From Octopus sinensis (Eukaryota): 64,000 nucleotides of DNA. Position numbers and translations under genes: made by a program. Below, in pieces: positions 26,088 to 40,357 of the stretch. Location: the NCBI RefSeq assembly GCF_006345805.1, contig NC_042997.1, positions 137,640,001 through 137,704,000 of the forward strand. The letters run 5' to 3'. Position 1 is the stretch's first letter. Every line of letters starts with the position of its first letter. The notes below the pieces were generated by a model, which was not told the DNA's origin, did not search any database, and was given only the letters and a program-made list of their open reading frames with translations.

Positions 26088-26965
26088 TATATTAAATTAG
26101 AGATAAAACCACTACTAGGCAAATCAAACAGTGAAAATCATAAGCTAATACATAGAAAAAAATTAATTAAAAAATATATAAAAAATATAAAATATAAAAA
26201 TCCAATTGAAATATTTAAATTAAAGTTAAAATTTTAAAAAATTATTTAAATTAATAATTTAAACTTATAAATTATAAATATATATATATATATTTTTATT
26301 ATTATTTTATTTAATTATTTATTTAAAAAATATTTTTTATATTTTTATATTTTTATATTTATTTATTTATTTATTTATATTTTTATAAACTATCAAAAAG
26401 TATTAAAAGTTTAATAAGATAAAGAGTAAAAACACTACGATCGTTTCATGCCTGTAACCAATTCGAATAACAATAATTTAAATTCAATTAATAATTCGAA
26501 TTATTAATTGAATTTAAATTATTGTTATTCGAATTGGTTACAGGCATGAAACGATCATAGTGTTTTTACTCTTTATCTTATTAAACTTTTAATACTTTTT
26601 GATAGTTTATAAAAATATAAATAAATAAATAAATAAATATAAAAATATAAGAAATATTTAAAAAAATAAATAAATAAAAATTAAATTAAAAAAGTAATAA
26701 TAAATAAATAAATAAAAAATATTTAAAAAATAAATAATTAAATAAAATAATAATAAAAATATATATTTATAATTTATAAGTTTAAATTATTAATTTAAAT
26801 AATTTTTTAAAATTTTAACTTTAATTTAAATATTTTAATTTGATTTTTATATTTTATACTTTATATTTTTTATATATTTTTTAATTAATTTTTTTTCTAT
26901 GTATTGGCTTATGATTTTCACTGTTTGATTTGCCTAATAGTGGTTTTATCTCTAAATTAACATAA
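26088..26965. repeat. ~880-bp spacer-less AT-rich palindrome
   Basis: Centre TTC|GAA at 26497/26498; perfect over 26439-26556 and near-perfect over ~26376-26619; the arms end in TTAGAGATAAAACCAC and its reverse complement. Confidence 0.95.
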
Positions 26966-27257
26966 TATATATATATATATATATGTTGATAGATGTATGT
27001 ATGTATGTGTGGATGGGTGTATGAATATATATATGTATACATGTAGATACAACAGGAGACAACTGATGAAAGGATAGTTCTTTATGTTGCCTGTCTCGTT
27101 TCTCTATTTGTTTCTTTCGTTGTCCGAAAATAAGTTCGTTTTCCTTGCTTTTGTTCTTTTATGTTCTTGTTTTTCATTTTGTTCATGTTTTTTGACACCT
27201 TGTACCCATATATATACATATATACATAAGTATGTACATATATGTATTTATATATGC

Positions 27258-27313
<56 letters not shown>

Positions 27314-27332
27314 ATATTTTGTATATATAAGT

Positions 27333-27436
<104 letters not shown>

Positions 27437-27485
27437 TATATATTATATATATATTATATATATATGTATATATACATATGTACAC

Positions 27486-27522
<37 letters not shown>

Positions 27523-27568
27523 CATATGTACACATATATATAATGTATACATAATATATATATTTATG

Positions 27569-27599
<31 letters not shown>

Positions 27600-27711
27600 G
27601 TACATATATATATGTATATGTATACATATGTATATATATGTGTACATATATATGTGTGCATATGTATACATATATATACATATGCGTATGTATACATATA
27701 TATACATCATC

Positions 27712-27855
27712 ATTATCATCATCATCGTTTAACGTCTGCTTTCCATGCTAGCATGGGTTAGTTGATTTGACTGAAGACTGGCGAACCACATGGCTGTGCC
27801 AGGCTCCAATCCGATCTGGCAGAGTTTCTACAGCTGGATGCCCTTCCTAACGCCA
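27712..27855 (-). mobile_element. 3' end of an RTE-related LINE/SINE with (TGA)n tail
   Basis: CATCATCATCGTTTAACGTCTGCTTTCCATGC...TTTCTACAGCTGGATGCCCTTCC; related copies at ~775-905, 6600-6680, 38640-38790(+), 60235-60330, 62960-63140. Confidence 0.65.
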
Positions 27856-28362
27856 CATACACACACACACACACACACACACTCTCTCATACATATATAA
27901 ATGGAACAAAACACAACAGAGGGCATTAAAACGTTCGGACAGATAGCCGATACATAGGCAGACAAGAGAAACAACAATTAGAAGGACAGGCAAAGAAAGA
28001 TGGGTCATTCTTGGGTTTCTTTCATCAGTCAAATCCCAGAAGTCACGACCATTTAGGGCAGTTAAACTTGTTATGGTTCTATCTGGTTGCCCCTTCCCCA
28101 AAAGTCTAAGCAAAGAGCATTAGACCCTTTTGTTAGAAAGCTATCAAATGTGTACGGTAACAAAAGCAAAAAAACAAATAAACAACAAGCGGAGAACACA
28201 GTATACAATTACGAATACAAACAATAAGAAATAACAATAGGCGTCTTTCAACTGAGAATGAATCAAATTGAGCTTGATGTGTATGGAGTGAAATCCCAAA
28301 GGCAGGAACATGGGAGATGGACACAGGAGGTGTTAAATATATATATATATATATATATATAT

Positions 28363-28670
28363 CACTGTGATCACCGTGACCGACAAAGCTATCAGATGTA
28401 GCTACACATCGCTGGTCACAATGCGCTTCGCATTGGTTTAGCCTTCAAATGACACCATCCCACTGGATAAGTGACCAGGCCAACAGAAGAAAGAGTGAGA
28501 GAAAGTTGTGGCGAAAGAGTACAGCAGGGATTGTCACCACTCCCTGCCGGAGCCTTGTGGAGATTTGGGTGTTTTCATTCAATAAACACTCACAACACCC
28601 AATCTGGGAATCGAAATCGTGATCTTATGACCATGAGTCTGCTGGCCTAAACACTGGGCCATTGCACCTT

Positions 28671-28672
<2 letters not shown>
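28363..28672 (-). mobile_element. tRNA-derived SINE (another family)
   Basis: Reverse complement begins GGTGCAATGGCCCAGTGTTTAGG...GATTTCGATTCCC (A/B boxes). Confidence 0.75.
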
Positions 28673-28726
<54 letters not shown>

Positions 28727-28744
28727 CACACACACACATATATA

Positions 28745-29304
28745 CAAGCAAAACGCCCCCCCCCCCCGTCCAATGGACGGTGCTGAGATGCCAAACATTT
28801 GAAACCAAATTTTCTCAAAACAACTTGACCGACTGTCCCATAGGCCTCCCCTTTGAGAAACACTGATTTAACCTAAATTTGATACGCCAGCAAAAGAAGA
28901 AATAAAGATAAACTTTTTTTCTATTCTAAAGAAAAAAGATTTTATTCACAAAAATATGCAAACAAAGAGTTTAAAGTACCAGTAATGATAAGGCTGTTGA
29001 CTGGGAGAACACAAACATAATTTAAAAGTAAGCTTGGCAGGAAAGAAACGTGCCTATAAGCAGTGCAAAAACAACAAAAAATGGAAGGTATAGTTATGTA
29101 CAGGTTGATGGAAGAAAAGCAGGACAAAAATGGCTTTATCGATCATATTCTCACCTGGAATCGATTTTTGTAATTTTTTCAAGACTTATACACGCCCTGA
29201 TACCATTGGTATCTACATATCAAATTTGAGCGCAATCAGATGGAGGATGCCTAAGATCCTAGAAGACACACACAGAGACAGACAGAAGGATTTTATATAA
29301 TAGA
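28745..29304 (-). mobile_element. Non-autonomous Helitron-like element, longer copy
   Basis: A|TCTATTATATAAAATC 5' end, subterminal hairpin CCGTCC-ATT-GGACGG about 20 nt from the end, 3' ...GCTTG|T, no TSD. Confidence 0.75.
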
Positions 29305-29517
29305 TATGTACTCTTATGTAAATATACATACATACATATATACATACATACATGCATATATATACATATATATATATATATGTATACATATACATATATA
29401 TGTAGACATATATATACACACACACACACACACACATATAAAAATATATGTATACATATGTGTGCATATATATATGTGTGTGTGTGTGTATACATACATA
29501 TATATATATACACACAA

Positions 29518-29574
29518 TGTCTACTGTTGGTGACATCCTGCACCCATATATGCATATATATGTGTGTGTGTGTG

Positions 29575-29605
<31 letters not shown>

Positions 29606-30310
29606 GCAGACATATACATTATTTATGTTATTATTTAATTGAACGCTATGCATCCATTTCCAAGTACATTTATCTTAACCTTTTTGATGCAACTCTATAC
29701 TGTTTTCTCGCCCATTGTATCTCATTCATTTTTTTCTCTTTTTTACTGTTTTCTGTCTGTCTCTCTCTCACTCTCCATTTTTCTCTTTTCCTCTGTCGTT
29801 GCTCACATGTGACCATCCTCCATCTTTATTTTCCTCATATCATTTGCTGCACGGACATTCTAAGGACTGGACATCTCTTTCTTTTTTTTTGTTGTCTTCT
29901 GAAAGAAAATATTTCTCTCACCATTCACTACTTTCCCCTCATTCAGGTCTAACGACCCTCCATGTTTGTTTTCATTTGGTTTTCCTGTATGTCTCCAATG
30001 ACCTGTTTTTGTTCCTATCTTTGACTCTCCATAAATCCAAAATTTTATTTTGGTATTTATGGGAGCAACTGTCTTCGAAGACTCATATTGTTTTTGATTC
30101 CTCGAAAAGCCAACAACTGATGAAGGGTCATTCTTTGTATTACTTGTCTTGTTTTCCATTTTTTCTCTCATTATTAGCATATTTATCTCATTTGTGTTTG
30201 TATTTCATGGTGTTTACTGTTAGTGATGTCCTGTACCCATATATGCATATATATATATATATTATTTGCATCATTATTTAATTGAATGCTATGCATCCAT
30301 TTTCAGGTAA
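29518..30310 (+). repeat. Diverged direct repeats flanking a ~550-bp pyrimidine-rich core
   Basis: TACTGTT.GTGA..TCCTG.ACCCATATATGCATA...ATTATTTAATTGAA.GCTATGCATCCATTT at 29518-29665 and 30211-30310; a related fragment lies at 27060-27215. Confidence 0.7.
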
Positions 30311-32531
30311 GTTTGTACATATGCATACATATATATATGTATACATATTTGTATATATATAGGTATATGTATATATATATATATAGACAAATCAGAGATT
30401 TATATATATACACACACACACTCTTCACATATATGCTCGTGCATAGCCTCTTTACTCAGACTCATTCTTACAGCTATAACAATACCTCCCACGTTAGTTG
30501 TCATGCCCAGTAATTGATGTCATTCAACTCACACACATTTTTCAGAAACAATTTTTCACCATTGCATGTACAGGAGACATTAACAAACAGCTTGAGGGAT
30601 AGGAAAACCATCAATGTTTTAAAACGTTAATTGACTTTATATTTTATTATAGATTGAATTTCTCTGTAAATTCTAATCTAACAAAAATAAATTAATCACT
30701 TGCATTCTTTAAATGGCATGGAACAATATCATAAAATGTTACAGAAGAAATAATTTGGTGGAGTGGAATAAAGTAATGTAAAAACATGGTCATTGGAGTT
30801 TTGCAGTGCAGACTTTTGTAGTTGTGTAATGAGAGTAAAGATGTTTTAATTAGGTATGAAGCCTTGAGCTAGTAAAATTAAGTATCTTGCACAGAAATAC
30901 AATATCGGATTCATAAATTAAATGCTATATCATTATTGTTTTAACATCAGATTTTTTATTCCATGCTACCAAGAGTTGGATGGGTTGGTTATGTTATATA
31001 TCACCACTTGTCTTTTCAGAAATGTGAAACAAAATAGATAATTAATTCAGTGAAATCCAGCAATTGCGATAGTATGAAAGATATCAGTAATGTAATATTT
31101 CTGACTGAATGATAAAATGTTGTAATTAAGAATAGTCCAAGCCTTGCAGTTAATCTTCTAGTCTGTTGACAAGTCTGAATATTTCATTTTTCATTAATAA
31201 TCTTGACAAAAATGTTGAGCATCACAGCTTCATGATTTGTCTCATTTATAGATACTGAGCAGATGTATGATCAAAGATATTCTATTCATGATTAGGCAAT
31301 CCTCTTGTGTCATGTGCATCTGGGACTAGATCATGTAAGCTGTCAGTTCTTTTCCATACAAGTTTTAATATATATATATATATATAATGAAATTATTGTA
31401 TACAGTGCTCAGGTGCACTACAACTCATAAGAAAAAAATAACCAAAACACCATGAATAGTACATAGAATATGTACAGGAAGTGAACAGTGAAAAAATATT
31501 AAAAAAAAAGAAAAGAAGGAGAAATGGATGGGTAGGGGTATCAGGTGTACTGTTGGTGAATTTCGAGAAGCATGGAAGTTTTGAAGTATGTAGTGTCTCG
31601 ACAGCTAACAATTGATGCAAGTAGTTTATTTCATGTTTAGCAATTTTGAGTGTGAAAAAATATTTTTGAAAATCATGGATGGTGTGTTGATTTTTGATTT
31701 AGTGAGTATGTCCATGAAGTGTAAGCATGCCCATGGTATTCAAAAAGGTGCCCAAGGTTGTTGTTGGAAAGATGGTGGATAATCTTGTGGGTGTCTAACC
31801 AAGTCAGTTGCCAGATGTCAGAGAGATTTGGCCACACATTCGAGGAGGCAAGCAACTACTTAGAAGTTCCATCTTTGGATTTTACACATGAAATATTTTG
31901 TGTTTTTTGAGAGTTATGATTTAATAACACATAGAGGACCTGAGCAAAATGCAAAATCCATATAAATTTATGAAAATACTTTAATTATACACTTCCCTGG
32001 GATAGTATGGCTAAGAATAAAATGAGAAAATGTAAGACCATGCAACATTTTGATATCAGTATGTGGTTAACTTAAAATTGGGAGGAAGACTGTCATGATG
32101 CCTATAACCTTTAAAAGTCTGAACAGCAATTGATGAATGGTTTACAAGGTGTTGAAGGCCTATTATCCATAATTCTGTAAAACTTTAATAAATCTAAGCT
32201 AACTTTAGTGTGATTTGTATTAAGGAGTTTCAGGTAACAACTACTAGCCTATTAAACAATATAATTAAAGAGTTAGTGCTTTTCCTTTCTCAGCTGTTTT
32301 GATGGTTGTAACTTATATTAGGTATGAGTAGATAGGAAGAATTTAAGCTGTTTTATTAAATTGTTCGTTCAGTGAGGATACTCCTTTTCCATAGCTTTTT
32401 ATGATACTTTTAAAACAGAAATGTATGAAGTTATGACAAGATTAGTGTAACTATTGTTAAATATTTGGCACAAATGATTAAATGCTGAGTAACTAAAGTT
32501 GAATTTTCCATTTTGTTTTGTACAATAAAGA

Positions 32532-32751
32532 TACGAAGAGGTGCTGAAAAGTTCCTGACTTTAAGGGTTTCATGAAAGGCCTGGTGGAGGCCCAACCTTC
32601 TGAGTTCTTTTTCAGGACTTAGAAAAACTGAAGGACCACTGCAATAGGTGTGTGAATCTGAGAGGGGAATATGTTGCATAAAATCATAATTAACTGATCC
32701 TCCAGTATTTTCTTTTATCCAAAGCCAAGAACTTTTCAGCACTCCCTTGTA
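32532..32751. mobile_element. Mariner-derived MITE (~220 bp)
   Basis: TA-flanked TIRs CGAAGAGGTGCTGAAAAGTTC / GAACTTTTCAGCACTCCCTTG; second copy inverted at 60855-61069. Confidence 0.85.
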
Positions 32752-33845
32752 TATAATTTGTAATGTAGGATGGTAACGAAAGAAATAATATCTACACCAG
32801 GGTATCTCCAGTAAAGGTTTTTTTATGTCTTAGTTTGGAAGAGAGGCTGAACCTATGACCTTTGCAGGACTTCTGAGATTGTGAGATCAATATAGTTTAT
32901 TTTCAACACTTAATCAATGCTGCAGGAGAAATGTGGCTGAAAGACAAATTCCAGCAGATTGCTTTGGGAGGAAAGAAGGACTGGGAATGGTAGTTAGTGC
33001 AAACTGGGGCTCCAGTATTGCATGGTGACAAAGAAAATGATGGGTGTGGTAGATAGACTTTGGTGGAAATAGTAAAATAGAATAGGCAGAGAGAAGAGAT
33101 AGTATGCCTGTGGGCAGGTGTTGTAGTGTATTAGTGAATAAGTCTTTGATGGTTTTCTTTTGGATGCAGTCTTAAGATATTTGTGTTTGTGTGTTTGTGT
33201 ATTATCAGTACCTTCCTAGATATGAGGACAATACTTTGTAGTGGGTGTTAATTGTGCTTTGCAAAAGGTCAACAACTGAATCAAAGCTGAAATATTTTCT
33301 GGCTCTCAGAGAAAGAATAGCTTTCAGAAACAATTCTTGTTTTGATATATGAAGTACAGTTAACAGGAATGACTGTCAGAGAATGTTTACATGATTCAAA
33401 ATAAGAATTGATAATTATCTCTATTGAATCCTCCCGGAAAGCTGATAATTGAGAGTGTTAGTATGAGGTAAAAATTGTGTGTTATAAATGTTTTACTACT
33501 TTTATTTAGTTCCTCAGAGGAGAAAAGAAAGTGTTTATGACATTTACCAGGCTCCTGATGATATATATGTAGGATATATTTAGTTTTAACATCAGTAGAA
33601 TTGACTTCAATATGAGAGCATTGAAGTTAGTTTTAGACTGTTGCAGTTCATGAGAGAAGCAGTTGGATTAGACTGTATTGGATTGTGTGTTACTCCTAAA
33701 CCAGTACAAAAAATGATATAAGGGTGAGACACAATAAGGATGATGAGTAGCAAAGTGTTAGGTGGATTTAGATGGAGGTGGTAAATAATTTACTGAATAG
33801 TTGTAGTAGTGGTGATGGTGGTGGTGGTGGTAGTAGTAGTAGTAT

Positions 33846-34081
33846 AAGGCAGCGAGCTGGCAGAATCGTTAGCATGCCCGGCGAAATGCTAAGCGGTATT
33901 TCGTCTGCCGCTACGTTCTGAGTTCAAATTCCGCCGAGGTCCACTTTGCCTTTCATCCTATCGGGGTCGATTAAATAAAGTACCAGTTACGCACTGGGGT
34001 CAATATAATCGACTTAATCCGTTTGTCTGTCCTCGTTTGTCGTCTCTGTGTTTAGCTCCTTGTGGGTAGTAAAGAAATAGG
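33846..34081 (+). mobile_element. tRNA-derived SINE family B (best copy)
   Basis: AAGGCAGCGAGCTGGCAGAATCGTTAGC...GAGTTCAAATTCCGCC...GTAAAGAAATAGG. Other copies at ~35050-35480(+, two), 44875-45290(+, two), 50690-50900(-), 52740-52950(-), 54155-54386(-), 41950-42145(-). Confidence 0.9.
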
Positions 34082-37000
34082 TAGTAGTAGTAGTGGGAGG
34101 AGGAGGAGGAAGAGGAGGAGATTAGAAACTACATATAAGAGCTAGTGTTGGTGAATGAAGTTTTCTAATCAACTGAAAAGAACTTCCTTTGGAAATATCC
34201 TAAGTTATTTGTGTTCATGTGTAGATGTACTTGAAATGGAAAACTTCCATAATCTAATGATTGAGGTTGCCTAAAGGGAAAGCTGAAGTAAAATAAAAAT
34301 CGGTTATGTTAAAGTTAAACCATTTCATTGATGAAATAAGAAAAGACAGCATTGAATGCAAGGAGATTGATGATAAGGTCTATAAAACACACGAGCATTA
34401 AAAGGTAATATCGCAATTATATTCAGTCTATTCTTAGATGCTTGTGATGAGGTTTTTGAAACTATGTTTTGTTAATTGTATAAAGACAATACAGACCTGA
34501 TTTATATTGAGGGTGTTCATTTATAAAATACAAAATGGTAATGTTTATAATATCAATAATATCAGTGATAATGTAGATTTTAAAACGTTTATATAAATAT
34601 ACACATATATATATATTTTAAAATTTTATTTTTTTTAGAAATAACAACTTGGAGGACCTGTATTGATTAGCCCTAAAAAAGTCTGAGGTAAGATATTGTT
34701 TTTTAAAATCAATAATTGTTTAAAAAATTTTAATTTATTTGATATAGCCAATTTTCAGACTGATGTCCAAATGGGATTTTAATGTCGGGCTTCAATGTAT
34801 GCCTGAGTTGATAGACTGAGTTAAAGAGTTGAGATTTAAATTTCAAGTGACAACATGTATAATGATATTTGAATGAATGAATATTACTATTTTACTCATA
34901 GTCTTCTTTATGCATACATACATACACACACACATGCATACAAATATATATGCATTGTATTTATTTTCTAAGTATTGCTAAAATGTTTCTAAAAATTCCT
35001 ACTTTTGTATAAATTGTTCAGTTGGCTGTTGGTATTAAATCAATAGATTAAGGTAGCAATCTGGCAGAATCGTTAGCACACCAGACAAAATGCTTAGCGA
35101 CATTTCATCTGTCTTTATATTCTGAGTTCAAATTCCACTGATGTCAACTTCGCCTTTCATCCTTTCAGGATTCTTAAAATAAGCACCAATTGAGCACTGG
35201 TGTCAATGTAACTGACTTAATCCCTTCCCTGAAACTGCTGGCCTTGTGCCAAAATTTGAAACCAATATTAAACCAACAAAAGGTGGTCAGCTGGCAGAAT
35301 CATTACTGTGCCAGGCAAAATACTTAGTGATATCTCATCTGTCTTCACATTCTAAGTTCAAATTCTGCTGAGGTTGACTTTGCCTTTCATCCTTTCAGGG
35401 TTGATAAAATAAAGTACCAGTTGAACACTGAGATCAATGTAATCAGCTTTATCCCCTTCCCTGAAATTGCTGTTCTTGTGCCAAATTTGGCATATTTCTT
35501 GAAGTATTTCTTATATTTTCATGCATTTAACTTAATGTTAGCTCTGATTGAATCAAAGGTATTTTAGCTAAGACTATTCCATTTTTTTTTTTTGTTTCAA
35601 ACTTAGTGTATCTGGGACCACATCATCCAATGAGTCCTTCTTTTGTAAGAGAGTAGGGTGCAATTTGAGGGAGGTTTGACTGCTATTTCTTATAAGTCAG
35701 GTGATCACATAGAAGATCCTTCGATGGCTCATGTTGGTAATGTTTTGTGTTTCAAGGCCAGAATGTAATTCAATATTCCAATGATTTCATCAATTAACTC
35801 TTTAACTCTGGGGTTTAGTTCATCTGTCTGATATTATTATAAAGAGGTAGAAACCTTACTTGATAGACTGAAAAAGTTACAATGCAGCCATATAAAATAT
35901 ATGTATTAGCTATAGTGCTAGAAAAACTATAACTCACTTGAGTCAGGGTGAGAATGATATCAACATATCAAAACTCAAGTCATGTACTACAATTTATCAT
36001 CATCACCACCATCATCATCACCACCATCATCATCATCATCATCTTCCTTTTTCCTTTCCAGCACTGTAGCTAGATAGATCCTCTTAATGCAACAGTTTTT
36101 GTATGTCATCCACAAGACCCAACATCCTGAGCAGGTTAAAGTTATCTATCAAATTTTAAATAAATTTGTTTTCCTTTTCCTGCATAATTTTATACATTTA
36201 TTTAGTAATTCTTTTGTCACTACTTTAGCAAGTATAGTAAAGGCAGTGTCTTGCTGATGAGGTGAGAATCACACCAAAATATGTCTGGAATTGGTTCTCA
36301 CACATGCTGAGAAAATTGAAATAATACTAGTTTTTGACCGCATATTTATTTCTAGTAAGATTTTTAATGCTCTATGCATTAAATATATGAACACACATTT
36401 GCCTGTTTATTAAATTTCCTTCAAATGGAGTATTTTCTTCATTGGAGCTAATTATCCATTGCTTTCTCTCACACTTTGTTTTTCTCATTGATTCTTTTTT
36501 TTCTGATTCCCTGATGCTTTTTTTCCTTCTGATTCTGTTTCCTGCTCTCCCTCTCATATACTCTTAACATACGAAGAATCATTCTGAGTAAAGAAGAGAA
36601 AATGCAAGACTAAAATGTAACATATTTAAAAGACTTCAAAATTTGCTTGTGTAAACAGTATATTAGCACACATTTCTCCGAGATACATATGTAGATTTGT
36701 GGAATGTGAATGAGCACCTATAACAGTTGTACTTTAGCAGTTGTTAATGCATTAGAGATGACATCTGAGGAGATAACTGTTAAGCCATACAGTGTATATG
36801 CACAGCTTACACATTGATGTACACATACATATTAAGGCAAGTTCTTGTTGATGACATCAACGAAAGAGCAAAACTGGTGCAATGGAAACACATGAATATT
36901 TAAATTTCTTTCTCTCTCTTTCACATGCTCTTATTGTATACTTTCACTCTTAAATTGTTGTTTACAAGTGGAAACTGTTTAATATGTATGTATTTATGCA

Positions 37001-37031
<31 letters not shown>

Positions 37032-39424
37032 ATGCTCATGTGCGTCTGGTATACACATATACATGCATATTTGCATACACACACATATATATAAATATAT
37101 ACATACACATGTGTATACACATTCGTTCTCCACTGTATATACTCATATGTCATGTCTCTCCTGTTTATTCTAATACATTCTCATTTCATTTAATCATAGG
37201 TACATGCACATGCACACATACATGTTCACTCACATGTATACACATGCATGCATGCACACATACTTACACACTCTCATATGCGCATTTAAATTACGTGACT
37301 GCATGCACTGAACAACTGGATATCTTCAGAAAAGTTTGAACCTAGATATTAAAGGTCACCAAAATCAGTGAAGAGATGGAAAAAATTTCTTCGTTCTATA
37401 GAACCATTATAGAAAATAGAAAATAAAAAAAAGCTAAAGTAAAAAGAAATAAAAAGAAAACAATGAATATAAATAAAAGAAAACTGCAAAAAATATATTA
37501 ACAATGTTTCAAATATTGTATAAATGTCCAGTTAAATAAAAGTATTTTGTGATGAAGAAAAGGTCAAATCGAAAATACACTCCTCTAATGTAAGATCAAG
37601 AAGTTGCTTAAGTTGTTCAAGTCATTTGTTGCCTTATGCAGAATTAAGTCTGGATAGCTGGTTATAATGTTTCTGCCGATTTGAATTTGCTGAGGTCATA
37701 TGAAGACAGGCTGTAATGTCAAGTGCATGGACTGACTGGAGAAGATTGATGGAGTGCTGTATTAGCTATAAATGGCAGCAAAGAGGAAGGTGGGTGGTAG
37801 ATTAAAATAAAATAATAATAAATACAATAACAAAATGTTAAAAAAGTGATTACTGGAATTTATTAGAACAGTATTTTGGTAGCTTTTGAAATAGATTTTG
37901 GGATTTTTGTTGCTGTTGTCATTATATTGTTTAATCTTATGTTAGCTCTGATCAAGCAGACCTATGAACAGAGGCAGTCCAACTGTGACCATCCTGTGGG
38001 TTTTTTTTATGTGTATGGGGGACTCAGGATTACATTGTCTAATCTTTTTTCATGTACATGTTTGAGTCATTAGACTGTGGCCATACCGGAGCATCACCTT
38101 GAAAGATTTAGTCAAACAAGTCACCCTTGTTCTTACTTTTTTAAAGTCTGGTACTTATTCTATTGGTCTCTTTTATCAAATCGCTAAGTTACAGAGATGT
38201 AACCATACTCACACTGGTTGTCAAGTGGAGTGTTGGAAAACAAACACAAAGACATACACACACACACATTCACATACACAATGGGCTTTTACACAGTTTC
38301 CTTATACTAAATTTACTCACAAGTTAATTCTTTGGCTTGGGGTTATAGTAGAAGACACTTGCCCAAGGTGCCACACATTGGAACTGAACCTGGTACCACA
38401 TAGCTGCAAAGTGAACTCCTTAACTAACACAGCTGTGCCTACAACTATAATGTGTTCTTTTCTAAGATGGTCAAGTGTAATTTGAAGGAGAATTAGTTGA
38501 TATTTCCAGTAGGTTGAGTGATGCCAAAGAGGATCATAGCAGTGGGAAAATTATTGTAGGTAATACTATTGTGACAGTGATGTTGTAATATTATAACAAT
38601 ATAAGGTGGCACACAAAAAGCACCCAGTACACTCTGTAAAGTGGCTGATGTTAGGAAGGGCATCCAGCTGTAGAAGTCATTCCAAAACAGACAATTGGAG
38701 TCTGGACAGCTTCCTGGCTGACCAGCTCCTATCAAACCATCCAACCCATGCCAGCATGGAAAATGGATGTTAAATGATGACAATGATGATAATGATGTGG
38801 TAGTAGTAGTAGTAGTTAGTAGTAGTAGTAGTTAGTAGTAGTAGTAGCAGCAGCAGCAGCAGTAGTTGTAGTAGTAGTAGCAGCAGCAGCAAATTGGTAA
38901 ATTTGTAAGGGCATTGGATAGACTGCCTTGTAGTATTTGGTCTCATTATTTGTGCTCTGAGTGTTAGTTATGCAGCGATCAGTTTTGCCTTTCATTCTTC
39001 CAAGGTTAATAGAATACCAGTCTTCCCTTTCTTTATGGATCATACCTGTAATTTTTAAATGTTTAATCGTATCAGTTTGTGCTACACTGAGTAAATGTGA
39101 GAATTATATTAAGAATACACATTTTTGGAATACTCATCCACTTGTGCATTAATTCCATAAGTAAGGACTCAGTTAGTTGAGCAAATGGATGCTCATCATC
39201 AAATTTACTGGAGAATCCACAAATGTTGTTATGATATTGAAGCTACTGTCACACACACACACACACATACACACATACACACACATACAGCTGGAAGAGA
39301 TGTATTCCTGGGGCCATAAACTACAGTAGCATCATCTCATATGGGTCAGCCTCAATTAGGTGGCAAATATACTTCACGATGTTGTGCTGCTACTGTTTAT
39401 ATCTTGCACAGAGATTTATTATTG

Positions 39425-39461
<37 letters not shown>

Positions 39462-40190
39462 CATCATCATCATTTAATGTCTTTTGTTAAATTGCTGTCC
39501 ATATACATGTGTCATATAATCTTCCTTTTACTTGGAGAGAAAAACCTTTCGTGGCTGTGGCCAATAGAGGTTACAGCTCTCTGAATTTTCTCCATCCTAT
39601 TCTTATTCTAGCTATCACACCCTCCGTGCATCTCCCCCTACTAATTAGGTCCCTAGGTACCAGAAATTATCTGCTGCTTCTAATGAGCCACCAGGACATT
39701 TGAGAGAATCGATTTCCCAAGTTTCTAACGTTTTAGGATCCTATGCATCTTCATATATATAATGGGCTTGTTTAAGCTTCCATCTATGAAATTCACTTAC
39801 AAGGCTTTGATTGGCTCTGGTTTGTTATAGGAGACACTTGACCAAGGTTCGGTGCTGTAAGACTGAACCTGGAACCTTGCAGTTGAGAAGCAAACTTCTT
39901 ACCACACACCCTGTACCTCTGTGTTTTCCAGAAATTGGTATTTTTTAAAAATAATAATAGGTTCCTTGATAAATACCATGGATGACACCCTCTCTAATTT
40001 GTGCTGCTTTAAATGTATATAATAGCTAGTTGTCTGTGCCCTGTGAGTCAACCTTGCTTGAATAGTTCAATCTTTTATTGACTTTATACAATATAAGGAT
40101 AGATTCTGGCAAGCAGTTCAACTCTCATATGATTACATTATTTACATTATTTACATTTGATGGATATTTGTCCTCATCTTGTTTGTTATT

Positions 40191-40236
40191 AACACAAAGT
40201 TTCGGCTGATATACCCTCCAGCTTTCATCAGGTGTC
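40191..40236 (-). ncRNA. Type I minimal hammerhead motif (left arm, 2 substitutions)
   Basis: GACAC-CTGATGA-A-AGCTG-GAGGGTATAT-CAGCC-GAAAC-TTT-GTGTT. The right copy (40424-40454) supplies GGCT and GTT but has a deletion in stem II. Confidence 0.75.
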
Positions 40237-40284
40237 TTGGGGAAATTTCGAACCTGGGTTCTCATTCCTAAGGTATTTTTCAAT

Positions 40285-40357
40285 GGGCATATGGCATAGT
40301 GGTTAAGAGCATGGGCTACTAACCCCAAGATTCCGAGTTCGATTCCAGGCAGTGACC
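40285..40357 (+). other. tRNA-derived Pol III promoter head (SINE-like, not a functional tRNA)
   Basis: A box TGGCATAGTGG, B box GAGTTCGATTCC, loop CT-ACT-AA, poor acceptor stem, followed by (TAA)n. Confidence 0.8.

Noticed and set aside
27062-27140. CTGATGA as an HHR core (also at 30118)
   Set aside because: No matching stem II, GAAAC-NUH or stem I partner; the upstream CGAAA at ~30105 is only 9 nt away, too close for a type II fold.
32950-33750. CR1-like ORF1/endonuclease relic
   Set aside because: Only faint motif echoes across stops; too decayed to support.
34440-34502. Box C/D snoRNA (GTGATGA...CTGA)
   Set aside because: No terminal stem and no recognisable rRNA guide; such boxes are expected by chance.
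40285-40357. Functional tRNA gene
   Set aside because: Acceptor and anticodon stems are broken, the ACT anticodon is atypical, and it is followed by (TAA)n and a repeat body.
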